Below, piece after piece: positions 28,859 to 38,253 of a stretch of DNA of 64,000 bases; within the stretch, counting starts at the first letter, position 1, and every line of letters starts with the position of its first letter. The position numbers were made by a program, and so were the translations under genes. Location: the sequence record NC_061449.1. One strand, 5' to 3'. The notes below the pieces were generated by a model. That model had not been told where the DNA came from. It made no database searches and worked only from the letters and a program-made list of their open reading frames with translations.

Positions 28859-30750
28859 TTGTTCACCCGTGGTAAATACATTTCAAGTTTCTCACCGTCA
28901 GGCGTACCGTGCTTGCTTGAGCCATCGACAGTACCGTCACCGAGAGAGCACAAGAAGTTACGCAGGTTCTCTTCCTGTTGACGAATGAGTTGCGCTAGGT
29001 TAGTGCTCGGACCCAACAGCTTACTGATAGACAGTGCATCGAGGCACTTGTCAGGCAGAGCATCAGTCAGCATACGGTTCATATCGTCGATCTTATTCGA
29101 GACACAACGCTGATTGATTTGAGGACCATCAAGATACTCTGCGGGAATATCACCGTTAGCTATCAGGCTGTTCACGTCACTGGTGAATCCACCGAGCATA
29201 TTTTCCATAGCATCTATGCGCGAAGCGAGGCTACCGAGTATGCTGCCTTTATAGTTGATTGCCAGATTGACACTCAGCTTCTCAAGGCTGTTCAACGCGT
29301 TGCAGATACCAGTCAGGTACTTGGCCATGTTGAACTCTTGCATCAGGCTATTCAGATAGTCAGCACCTTCACCGTACTTAGCAGCCAACTCAGGGAACTT
29401 GAACATCTCGCTATCAGTCTGGAACTGGTCGAGCATCACATCAAGCTGTAGGTTGTGTTGCTGTGCAATCCAGTCGATAGGGTTCGAACCGTCGAGCGCC
29501 TGTTTGATGTTAGCGTTAATCTGGAACGGACGCAGCACGTTAGCGACAGTAGACAGTGGCGTCTGAATGATGTTTGCGCCACCGCCGATGTTTGACGTAC
29601 CTTCTACAGGGGTGAAGTTGCGGCTAAGCAGAAACGCTTCACTGTACATTCCACCGACGAACACGCGAGTACGACCAATGACAAGCCACTTGCCTGATAC
29701 CTTGATATCGGTCTCAACCTGACGCTGACCGTTGATAACACCGGCAGACACATCAACAATATCGAACAAGTCTACTTCTGGGCAGCCGCCGAGTATAAGT
29801 GCGCGGGCAGTCTCTGTGTACGTCATCGATTGACGTTTGTTCGAGTAGAACGCATGAAGATATTTATCGTGCAGGTTAATATCATTCGAGGGCCGAGCAT
29901 ACTGCTTGCGCGTACCTGCAATATCACCGCGAGTGTCACTGTTAATGTTCAGAGGGTCCGTGCTCTTAACAGACACGGACGAAAGCTCATTGGTTTTTCC
30001 CTCAGAGTCTGTCCACAGTAACTTCTCACCGTAGTTCGACATGCCATTGAACACACCGCTCATGGACTTAGGACGAAACTCATGCAGGTTATACAGAGGA
30101 CTATCGCCTGTCGGTTTGTGGTTGAACAGCCAGTATGCTTTCGGGTCGCTCTCGAATAGCTTGTTAATGTCACGCACCACCATGCGCTTATCGGCAGTGA
30201 TAAACATCTTAGGCAGCGCTTCTTCGGACACCCACATGTGCTGTTCGATTTCATGCGCGAACTTCTTCGGACTACACGCAGCAGACACCCAGCTCATTAT
30301 GTCTGAGGTCTGTATGTCTCCGAAGTCTGGTGTTAGACCGCCGAACGATGCAACTTGTTTGAGGGCATCGATAGAAGTACCGCGTATGCTAAAACTGCGG
30401 GTATCGAAGATGAAGGTGGGTGCGTCGAGAATACACAGCACATTAAGCATTGGTGTATTACCTTCACCGTACTCCCTTACTGCGAAGACAGAGAACGTAA
30501 GCGTTGACGCTGATTCTTGATCAGGGCCCATCACCATAGTTATCTTAGTGCCGTCTACAATCGCGTGGGTGGATCGTAGTACGTTCGTCTGGTCGGAGAA
30601 TACGATCAGAGCGCAGGGTACAGCAAAGGTGTTTTCGTAGACGTGAACAGAACGAATCAAGTTAGGCATAGACGGCGGTGCTTTGCCGTCTAACAGTAGC
30701 CCAAAATAACCTTGATCCTTCACGCCACCAGAAGATGCGTGATCAGACAT
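28855..30750 (-). CDS. baseplate hub / tail protein (gp27/VgrG N-terminal-like) with helical C-terminal extension
   Basis: 631 aa; directly upstream of the spike gene; SGKWLVIGRTRVF..GMYSEAFLLSR hub-like end. Confidence 0.7.
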   Translation of the reverse strand: MSDHASSGGVKDQGYFGLLLDGKAPPSMPNLIRSVHVYENTFAVPCALIVFSDQTNVLRSTHAIVDGTKITMVMGPDQESASTLTFSVFAVREYGEGNTPMLNVLCILDAPTFIFDTRSFSIRGTSIDALKQVASFGGLTPDFGDIQTSDIMSWVSAACSPKKFAHEIEQHMWVSEEALPKMFITADKRMVVRDINKLFESDPKAYWLFNHKPTGDSPLYNLHEFRPKSMSGVFNGMSNYGEKLLWTDSEGKTNELSSVSVKSTDPLNINSDTRGDIAGTRKQYARPSNDINLHDKYLHAFYSNKRQSMTYTETARALILGGCPEVDLFDIVDVSAGVINGQRQVETDIKVSGKWLVIGRTRVFVGGMYSEAFLLSRNFTPVEGTSNIGGGANIIQTPLSTVANVLRPFQINANIKQALDGSNPIDWIAQQHNLQLDVMLDQFQTDSEMFKFPELAAKYGEGADYLNSLMQEFNMAKYLTGICNALNSLEKLSVNLAINYKGSILGSLASRIDAMENMLGGFTSDVNSLIANGDIPAEYLDGPQINQRCVSNKIDDMNRMLTDALPDKCLDALSISKLLGPSTNLAQLIRQQEENLRNFLCSLGDGTVDGSSKHGTPDGEKLEMYLPRVNK

Positions 30751-30752
30751 GA

Positions 30753-31175
30753 TTAGCCCTCAGCATCAAGCTCAATCGCAATGGCTTTCAGTTTGGCAGC
30801 GAGCAGCTTAATGTCAGCAGACTTCGCTTGCATATTGAAACCACCGCGACCTGGCTTGATTTCAGAATCGTTTTTGGTGTTGTACCACTTACGCACTTCC
30901 ACGACACGGTTACCAGCATCATCAGTAGCGAGGTCAACAGACAGGAAGCCGTGCGCACCAATCTGAATACGAAACATCTCAGGCTCAGAAGTCTCTACAC
31001 GAGTTTTCTTCTTTGCCTTAACAGGCTTCTCTTCTTTCTTAGGTTTCTTCGCTCTGGCCGCTTTCAATTCAGCAGCCTGTTCAGCGAGAGGCTTGTCGTG
31101 CTTCTTTTTCTTTTTCAAGCTGTCTTTGATCTTCTTCGCTTTCGCGCCTACGATTTTGCCATTAACCATTGCCAT
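30753..31175 (-). CDS. PC4/p15-like ssDNA-binding protein with Lys-rich N-terminus
   Basis: LSVDL....GNRVVEVRKWY......KPGRGGFNM matches the PC4 pattern. Confidence 0.75.
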   Translation of the reverse strand: MAMVNGKIVGAKAKKIKDSLKKKKKHDKPLAEQAAELKAARAKKPKKEEKPVKAKKKTRVETSEPEMFRIQIGAHGFLSVDLATDDAGNRVVEVRKWYNTKNDSEIKPGRGGFNMQAKSADIKLLAAKLKAIAIELDAEG

Positions 31176-31468
31176 TAGATTTGCGTCCTCTTAACTTGTT
31201 TTATTGCAGCAGACGGACGCTTCATGGGTATTGCCATAAGCATACCAGCTTGCATCTCAGATGGATGCAGCAGAGCATTAGCAATAAGCAGTAACACCCA
31301 GTTAGCGTTCGAACCATATTTAACGTGCGACAAGAGTTGAGGATTGCCCTCCATAGAAGCGTCGATGCGCACAGGGTTATCGTAGATAGCCGTGTCAACA
31401 TCATCAAACACTTTCATGGTCAAAGGGTCAATTCCCCACTTGTCAATCACTGCGATTGTTTCAGCCAT
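31175..31468 (-). CDS. LysM-like baseplate protein (gp53/tail X-like)
   Basis: PQLLSHVKYGSNANWVLLLIAN.L.HP.EMQAGMLMAIP. Confidence 0.8.
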   Translation of the reverse strand: MAETIAVIDKWGIDPLTMKVFDDVDTAIYDNPVRIDASMEGNPQLLSHVKYGSNANWVLLLIANALLHPSEMQAGMLMAIPMKRPSAAIKQVKRTQI

Positions 31469-32274
31469 TTCTTCAAGTCCTCTCGCGTTACTGCGAAGTA
31501 GCTACTGACCTGCAGGATGAAGTCAACGCTGATAGGGTTTCCCGTCCCGTCTTCCCATACGTTATCGAAGTTAGCGCTAACGCTATCAATGACGCAAGGA
31601 CTCATTGAGAAGAAATTACCAATATCAACGAAGAACGCTTCACTGTCCTCTAGGACATTACCTATTGCGGCGTTAGCAGCATCAGCACTAGCGCCACTTG
31701 CGGCTAATGTCATCGTTTCCATGCTGACTGCCTTTAAAGGGCTTGGGCCCGGAGGCAGCAACAGACCACCTTTCTCAGATGGTGCACACAGAGACAGTAA
31801 CGCGATGGTCGTGTCAACAACTTCGGTCTTCGTGTCAGAGTAAGCATCGACGAAGATAGGGAGGTCGATTGAAAGATAACTCGGTCCTCCCCATACGCGA
31901 GCACTCGCCAGCTTGTGCATTGAACTTGCACCAGCGAAGCGCAGAGCTTTATCAGCAGCACCAGCATTGTTTCCTACGAATCTACCCGCAGCACCAATAG
32001 CATCCTTAACTCTGCTGCCACCGACAGTTGACAAAGCATCACCGCCTCTCTCTGCGAGGTCTGCAAGCGTAGTGTTAGCGAACGGTGCATCCCATTGCGA
32101 AGACAGGCTGAACGAGAAGTCTGGGGGAATGAATCCAGTGAACGTGATTGTGCCACTTTTGTTATAGATCTTAACGCGATACATGTTGTCAACAGAGATA
32201 ACATCATCGCGTGATCGTGTAGTACCAACAGAAGTGGCTTGCCCGCCGTCAGCAGGCATGAGATAGTTAGCCAC
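31447..32274 (-). CDS. tail tube initiator / baseplate protein (gp48-like)
   Basis: 275 aa; VWGGPS...CVIDSVSANFD...GNPISVDFILQV; position between tape-measure-like and LysM-like genes. Confidence 0.65.
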   Translation of the reverse strand: MANYLMPADGGQATSVGTTRSRDDVISVDNMYRVKIYNKSGTITFTGFIPPDFSFSLSSQWDAPFANTTLADLAERGGDALSTVGGSRVKDAIGAAGRFVGNNAGAADKALRFAGASSMHKLASARVWGGPSYLSIDLPIFVDAYSDTKTEVVDTTIALLSLCAPSEKGGLLLPPGPSPLKAVSMETMTLAASGASADAANAAIGNVLEDSEAFFVDIGNFFSMSPCVIDSVSANFDNVWEDGTGNPISVDFILQVSSYFAVTREDLKKWLKQSQ

Positions 32275-32286
32275 ACAAACTCCTTA

Positions 32287-34950
32287 TCACATGTAGCCCA
32301 TAGTAATCATGTTCAGCATCGGGTCGTCCATGAAGACTGGGATCGAATCGAGTGAGTGAGCATTACTAGGACTAGAGCTATTTGAACCTTTCGTGCTAGG
32401 GCGAGATACTGCAACGCCTTTAGGTTGATTAGCAGTCTGCGTCGGTGGAGGCGTCGGTGCAACTGGTTCAGGTACTTCTGTGCGAGCAATGTCACCAGGA
32501 GTTACGAGTGGCACGCGCTCAACAGGAGCTTCCGGCTGCACAACAGGCGTGATACGATTGGTATCTTGTGTCATCTCTTTAGGAAGAACATCCGTAGACG
32601 GTTTCTTCGTAAATGTCTCAGCCATGACTTCTTTGCGGACTTGTTTATCAAGTTCCTCAGAGAATGGCGTTCGACTATCGGCGACACCAGAACCACCAGA
32701 AGCAGCAACAACGTCCTTAGAAGACTGTCGCTCAGGAGAAGGAGATTGGTCTGTATTTACAGCTTTCTTCCTATCTGCTTCTGCGACCTTGAGCAATACA
32801 TCCTTCTCGTTCTGCGCTCGTGTAGCAACGGACTGTCGCGTTTGAGCATCAGACGATTTGAAGTATTTGTCAGTCGTCGCGGCTTTGTAGTCCTGAATCG
32901 TCTTAATCAACTCTTCATCGGACATGCCGTTAACGTCTTTGCCTTGCAGTGCGTTCGAGATAACACTGGTGCCCGCCCCGTACTGAACTGCGGTACTGTA
33001 CAGCAGCTCCTTCACACCTGCACCACGCTTCGTCAGGTCAACACCCACTTCGTTCTGCATCTTCGCAGCGAGAGGCGCATAGTGAGTACGCGTGATATAG
33101 TCAGACTGCGCTTTATCGAAGTCCGCACCCTGTGTCGCTGCAACGTCTTTGTACACAGAGTTGAACTGTGCTGTCCCCGGAGCAAGACCACCGAAACGCT
33201 GCAAGAAAGGCTTACCTTCAGGGCTGTTCAGGAAGTTCATCATACTGCCGTTGTTCGTAGCGAGCTGGTGCTTACCGTAAGACACACCGCCGTAGTCACC
33301 GCGACCGGTAGATACAGTGCCGACTCCACGACCTCCAGATTCGAACTGCTCTGATACCGCACCAAGACCACCTTCAGCAATTGCTTTGTTGGCGATATCG
33401 GTTACTTGCTTGCTATCATAGCGACGGGAAGGTTGTGCTCGCATCGGACCTTGATACGTACCTCCACCACCGCCACCCATTCCCATCAGACCCATGAAGC
33501 TGAAAGGTGAGATAGTCGGGCTTGGGAACTTGGCTTTGTTCTCATTCTCTGCTGTAGTGTCGTTGTACTCGTCCATCTTCTCTTTGCGGTCTTTCTCACC
33601 GTCAGCGAGCATCGTGTCTGTTTCGTCAGTAATCTTATCAGCAACGTATTCACCGATAGAGTTACCGAAGTAGTCACCCAAGATGCCACCCAGCAAGCCA
33701 CCAAGAGCAGCACCAGCAGCAGTGCCAACAACAGGAACGACTGAGCCTAACGTACCACCAATCCACGCACCAGCAACAGCACCTGTAGTGCCACCAGCAG
33801 TACCGCCAATAGCGCCACCAGTTGCTTTCTTCTTCTCATGCGCTTTCTCTTGGTCAGTCAGTGTTTCGTCTGCATCGATGTGTTGCATATCGTTTGCAAG
33901 CGACAGACCATTACCAAGAGCAGGACCTACAACAGGAATCTTCTTCGCAGCACCAGCAAGTAGCAGTGAAGCGCCAGCTACAGCAGCGTCTTGTACTTCT
34001 GACGGAGGCTTGGGTGCATCACCCTTAGCAGCTTCTTCTGCGCGTTGTATCTCTGGTTGCTGTGCGACAGGTGCAGGCGCATCAGGCTGGTTAACAGGAG
34101 CACCTGCACCTGCATTGTCTGCGTTGTCTTGCTCGAACTTCTCTTGCGATTCGTTCTTTAACCACAGACCGCCAACAGTAGCAGCAGCGATAGTGCCTAA
34201 TCCCAACAGAGCACCCAGCTTGCCTCTTAATCTACGTCTAGGTAGGTTACGTCCCGGACCGCGACGTGATCCTGCACCACGACCGTAACGTCTGCCACGG
34301 CGATTACGACGACCGGTACGACGACGGCGATTATCATTGCCATTACCACCGAAATCAGGACCGCCATTATCATTTTCATCAGCGCCTCCATCGTCGTTAG
34401 CACTGCCGGTTCCTGGGCCACCAGCACCAGGCTGATTGCCATGAGGGTCAGACTTCGCTTTGTTTTTCGCTTTGAACGCTTCTGACTTTTCCCACTCAAG
34501 CCAGTCTTCGAGGGCTTTCTGCGTCTTTGTTGAGACTGCATTGCCCTCTTTGATTGCCTTAACAATATCGTCGCCTGACTTCTCGCCTGCAATAAACAGG
34601 TCTTCAAGCGCAGATTCGACTTCTCGTGGATTTGGTTGTTGCGCTACAGCACGAGGGGAAGCGGCTGGTGCATCGTTATCACTTACATAACGCACACGTT
34701 GGTTGGCCATCTTCTCGCGCATTGCTTTCGCTGCACGGTTCTTAGCGCGTGACCCAGGACCGACGAATACAACTTCATCGTCATACATCTCTGGGTCGTA
34801 GTCGCGGTCGTAATCCGCAGACGGAGAATCGTTAGCGGCTTTACGTTTGCGACGCGCTTTAGGCATACCGGCAACAGAAGGGCTAACGCTGTCTGCGTGT
34901 TCGATCATAAGTTCGAGAGCAGACAACTCTTTCTCTTGTGGCTTAGCCAT
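32287..34950 (-). CDS. tape-measure-like tail protein with glycine zipper and VgrG3-like lysozyme domain
   Basis: 887 aa; Arg-rich patch, TM-like segments, GxxxG zipper; SEQFESG..G.VSTG.GD.GGVSYGKHQL (about 32790-33370). Confidence 0.75.
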   Translation of the reverse strand: MAKPQEKELSALELMIEHADSVSPSVAGMPKARRKRKAANDSPSADYDRDYDPEMYDDEVVFVGPGSRAKNRAAKAMREKMANQRVRYVSDNDAPAASPRAVAQQPNPREVESALEDLFIAGEKSGDDIVKAIKEGNAVSTKTQKALEDWLEWEKSEAFKAKNKAKSDPHGNQPGAGGPGTGSANDDGGADENDNGGPDFGGNGNDNRRRRTGRRNRRGRRYGRGAGSRRGPGRNLPRRRLRGKLGALLGLGTIAAATVGGLWLKNESQEKFEQDNADNAGAGAPVNQPDAPAPVAQQPEIQRAEEAAKGDAPKPPSEVQDAAVAGASLLLAGAAKKIPVVGPALGNGLSLANDMQHIDADETLTDQEKAHEKKKATGGAIGGTAGGTTGAVAGAWIGGTLGSVVPVVGTAAGAALGGLLGGILGDYFGNSIGEYVADKITDETDTMLADGEKDRKEKMDEYNDTTAENENKAKFPSPTISPFSFMGLMGMGGGGGGTYQGPMRAQPSRRYDSKQVTDIANKAIAEGGLGAVSEQFESGGRGVGTVSTGRGDYGGVSYGKHQLATNNGSMMNFLNSPEGKPFLQRFGGLAPGTAQFNSVYKDVAATQGADFDKAQSDYITRTHYAPLAAKMQNEVGVDLTKRGAGVKELLYSTAVQYGAGTSVISNALQGKDVNGMSDEELIKTIQDYKAATTDKYFKSSDAQTRQSVATRAQNEKDVLLKVAEADRKKAVNTDQSPSPERQSSKDVVAASGGSGVADSRTPFSEELDKQVRKEVMAETFTKKPSTDVLPKEMTQDTNRITPVVQPEAPVERVPLVTPGDIARTEVPEPVAPTPPPTQTANQPKGVAVSRPSTKGSNSSSPSNAHSLDSIPVFMDDPMLNMITMGYM

Positions 34951-34952
34951 TA

Positions 34953-35795
34953 TTAACCTCTTCGACCTTTCTGAGCCGCTTTAGCAAGCGCTCGCTGCTC
35001 TTCGGCTTTGTTCTTATCGTGAACGTAAGCACTGTGCCAGTAAAGCAGTTTGTTGATCGTTATATCGTCCGGCACATAGATGTTCTTAGCCGACGCAAGG
35101 TCGAGCGTCATGTTCATCATAGAGGTGTCGGAGAATACACGGAAGTAACCGAGAATATCAATTGGACTTTTGTATGTATACGTGCGGAAACAACGGTTAC
35201 ACTTATGCGTGGTCTCCAGTTCACAGCTCACGTATACATAATTGCTCGCTTCAAGCAATTCAACAGGGTCAGCATACTCAAGCGTTTGCGCAAGAGGAAT
35301 ATCACTGTCGATATACATTGCATTCATAACCTGAGTGCGATCTTCTGTCTCTGCCAGCAGCTCGGCGTCAATCCACCTCTGAACAGTAGGATGGCGCAAG
35401 CCTTGTGGAAGGTCGCGCCATTTGTGCGTTACTATCTTTTGTCGCATAACCTCTTCGGTGTTGAGCAGGTTACATTCTACTTCTACGAATTTGCGACCTC
35501 TTGGCCTGTCGTAATAACGCTCTCCACGCATATCAACGAAGAACGTTTGTGTGCAACGCCACTCGTAAAGGCGGTGCGACTGCGGCCAACTATTTCTGTC
35601 GATCATCGCCAGCATATAACGAAAGTCTTCGAGGTACATATCTCGAACACGAACGTTGGTGAATCGCTGCAACGTATCAACAAAGAGTTCAGGCAGTTTG
35701 TGTTTCTGTGCGTTGTACAGACTTGACATTGCATCAGCGGTTATCTGCATGATGCGAACGTCTGACCTGCCTGAGGGGAGATATATCTCTAACAT
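34953..35795 (-). CDS. baseplate hub assembly / tail chaperone protein (gp26-like paralogue 2)
   Basis: LPSG start; C..C motif (CNRC) near the C-terminus; adjacent to its paralogue. Confidence 0.55.
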   Translation of the reverse strand: MLEIYLPSGRSDVRIMQITADAMSSLYNAQKHKLPELFVDTLQRFTNVRVRDMYLEDFRYMLAMIDRNSWPQSHRLYEWRCTQTFFVDMRGERYYDRPRGRKFVEVECNLLNTEEVMRQKIVTHKWRDLPQGLRHPTVQRWIDAELLAETEDRTQVMNAMYIDSDIPLAQTLEYADPVELLEASNYVYVSCELETTHKCNRCFRTYTYKSPIDILGYFRVFSDTSMMNMTLDLASAKNIYVPDDITINKLLYWHSAYVHDKNKAEEQRALAKAAQKGRRG

Positions 35796-36478
35796 CAGTT
35801 AACGAAGATCGAAGGGTTGAGATCCCATGCGCGTGTGCTGTGACGACCACAGCTCGGACACAGGAGTTCAATATCAGTCAGCAGACCGTGACGCGATGCA
35901 CGTACCCACTCAGACAGCTCTAACCAAAGTGTCAGGTCAGTCTGTTCTTCGAGCAATGCAACGTTGCCGTCAAAGTTAGGTCCCATATGCGCTACGTGCC
36001 AACTGAACATATCCTCAGACGAACGCTCATAGTGTCGCATACGAGGCAGGTCGAATCGCTCGTGCTCTGCATTAAGCATAGCCACAGTCATGGACGTTTC
36101 GTCAATCACACCGATGTTGTTGGTGGCACACGGGAACGTATTGATAACGCCACCATCTGGGCGCAAATCATTAACGATACCATCGGAATATTCAAACAGC
36201 GGTTTATTGCAGCGCCAATGAGTACGCAGCGGTAGTACCGTGTTCATCCACATACGCTGTTGAAAAACGAGTGCGAACGCATCAGGTACAGTCAGTTCTT
36301 CGAGCGAGATGCTCAGGCACGGGGCCAGTGCATCAAGCAGAATGTACTTCATATCCTTCGCATCAATTGCCTTAGCGATAGCGCGGTTCTCTTTGCCTGC
36401 AAAACGACGCATCTCAAAAACATCAGGCAGCTCTGCTTTATAGCCACGCGAAGGTAAACTCGCTGTTTGAATTTCCAT
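35795..36478 (-). CDS. baseplate hub assembly protein (T4 gp26-like)
   Basis: SLPSRGY...EMRRF..KE..I..A...L....SI.LEELT..D; C-terminal CPSCG. Confidence 0.7.
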   Translation of the reverse strand: MEIQTASLPSRGYKAELPDVFEMRRFAGKENRAIAKAIDAKDMKYILLDALAPCLSISLEELTVPDAFALVFQQRMWMNTVLPLRTHWRCNKPLFEYSDGIVNDLRPDGGVINTFPCATNNIGVIDETSMTVAMLNAEHERFDLPRMRHYERSSEDMFSWHVAHMGPNFDGNVALLEEQTDLTLWLELSEWVRASRHGLLTDIELLCPSCGRHSTRAWDLNPSIFVN

Positions 36479-36488
36479 AGTTCTTATC

Positions 36489-37001
36489 TCACATCATTGG
36501 ACGGGAAACATCAAGAGCCATCTGCACAGACCACATAGCTCGACCACCGGTACCGTTAAGCGTAATGCTTTGACCACCGATAGGCCAGCAGTTGCGTAGC
36601 TGTTGTTCGCCAACCATTTGCCCTTGGTTGTCGTATAGCTCAATGATAAGGTTTTTCTTATACACGGACGGCAGTCTAAAACCACCAGTGTATGGGTTCT
36701 GAATCAAGTTCTGCCACGCAGTGAAATACTTCATCACCGCGAGCTTCTGGTCGATGCCAAACAGCAATGCGAATCCGTCAACGCTCGAACCATGAGGCCA
36801 GTTGATAGTAACCGTAGCCACTTCTTTTGATTTCGATTGATAGACGGAGAATGGCAGGTCAACTTCTTCACACGCAAACGGGCTTAACGATACATTACCA
36901 ATTACAGGAAAATCTCGCACACGCCACTTGTCTTGCATGAAGGGGTCGTCAAGGCCAGGAGCAGAAGAATCATTCAGATCGTCAAGCGTCGGCAGCGGCA
37001 T
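36489..37001 (-). CDS. tail tube protein paralogue (T4 gp19-like)
   Basis: 170 aa; YFTAWQNLI.NP......YKKNLIIELYD..G.......NCWP. Confidence 0.8.
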   Translation of the reverse strand: MPLPTLDDLNDSSAPGLDDPFMQDKWRVRDFPVIGNVSLSPFACEEVDLPFSVYQSKSKEVATVTINWPHGSSVDGFALLFGIDQKLAVMKYFTAWQNLIQNPYTGGFRLPSVYKKNLIIELYDNQGQMVGEQQLRNCWPIGGQSITLNGTGGRAMWSVQMALDVSRPMM

Positions 37002-37003
37002 GA

Positions 37004-37678
37004 TTAGTCCTCTACAATAACAAGCACCGGTCTAACTGCATCGTCGAACTTGAGGAACGTAGCACCAACCAGATAGCCACCATTCTCTACTTGTTTCACA
37101 ACGGCTTTCTCGTAGTCCGTTTCCCACTTCTCACGTTGATTAGGCTTGTAGCCTTCAAACGTTTCTGACGCGTCGTAGTAGTTATACGTGCCACCAGTTG
37201 GCATTGGGATTCGAGCAAGGAACTCAATACGACCAGCGTTCTTAAACTTGGCCTTACGTAGTTCTTGAGTCAGCTTAGTGTTCTCAGCTTTAGAGCCAGG
37301 AACAGCTTTGAATGGTTTCTTCGGTTGTGGTTCTTTAGGCGCAGCAGGAAGTTTCTCACGCGCTGGAGTGTTCTTGTCACTCGCTTTCTTAATGCGAATG
37401 CCGGACACTGTACCAGTGAACGGGCGACTACGGCCAAGCAACGAACGTGCTGTAGCGGCATCGACTTCAAACACTACTGACGGGTCATCCTTATGCAGCA
37501 CATAGAACTTGTTGCGCTTTGCTGCCAAGATACCGAATACATCTTTTTCCTCGATATCGGCCTCATGCTCCTTGTTCTCAATGCTTACCTTGCGCTTACC
37601 TTCGAAGCGATACCAGTCGCAGTCTTGAATCCCTACGATAGGTGTCTTACGTGCGCTTTCGCTCAGTAGAATAAGCAT
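37004..37678 (-). CDS. hypothetical protein, probable head-internal protein
   Basis: 224 aa; N-terminal LLSESA then the shared W-Y-R-F-E-G domain. Confidence 0.8.
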   Translation of the reverse strand: MLILLSESARKTPIVGIQDCDWYRFEGKRKVSIENKEHEADIEEKDVFGILAAKRNKFYVLHKDDPSVVFEVDAATARSLLGRSRPFTGTVSGIRIKKASDKNTPAREKLPAAPKEPQPKKPFKAVPGSKAENTKLTQELRKAKFKNAGRIEFLARIPMPTGGTYNYYDASETFEGYKPNQREKWETDYEKAVVKQVENGGYLVGATFLKFDDAVRPVLVIVED

Positions 37679-37693
37679 AGTCTCTCCAAAACG

Positions 37694-37722
37694 AAAAAGG
37701 GCCAGAACGAATCTTGGCCCTT
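37694..37722 (-). terminator. intrinsic terminator after the tube gene
   Basis: GGGCCAAGA-TTCG-TTCTGGCCC followed by TTTTT. Confidence 0.85.
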
Positions 37723-37729
37723 GTGTTTC

Positions 37730-38242
37730 TTACGATGCGAGTTCGGCGTAGTCGAAGGACCATTCGATTGATACCGGAACAGCCTGCGCAGCACCAGAGA
37801 ACTGCAAATCAGGAACCTGCTTCGGCCACACACCGTAGATGTTGTACTCAGCAACTACAGAACCGTCCATATCGAAGATACGGAAGATTGCTTTGGTCGC
37901 GTAGTCAGCTTTACGTGCGCCCAGCTGGGTTTGAGTAGCACGAACGAACTCATGCCATTCTTCCAGTTGTTTGTACACCGCCATTTCAGAGTTTTCGTTG
38001 TACTCTGTGGACAGCGCGTGAGAGAAGATCTTACGACCAGCGTAGTTGAGCTGGTGGCCGAACGCTTCTTTCAGAACTTCTTCCAGAGTAGAACCTGGCT
38101 TAACACCGGTCTTACAGAACAGGCGCAGAGTACGCGCGTAATCCGTACCACCGACAGGCGGGTTAGGAATCAGGAACTCGAAGTTGTCATCGAGTAACGG
38201 ATCTTTCGTAGACGCAAATTCGTCAAGAGTTACCTTTGGCAT
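37730..38242 (-). CDS. major tail tube protein (T4 gp19-like)
   Basis: 170 aa; directly after the sheath; LEEWHEF...DY...IFDMDG..V.EYNIYGVWP..V.DLQF. Confidence 0.88.
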   Translation of the reverse strand: MPKVTLDEFASTKDPLLDDNFEFLIPNPPVGGTDYARTLRLFCKTGVKPGSTLEEVLKEAFGHQLNYAGRKIFSHALSTEYNENSEMAVYKQLEEWHEFVRATQTQLGARKADYATKAIFRIFDMDGSVVAEYNIYGVWPKQVPDLQFSGAAQAVPVSIEWSFDYAELAS

Positions 38243-38253
38243 CTAAAAGCTCC

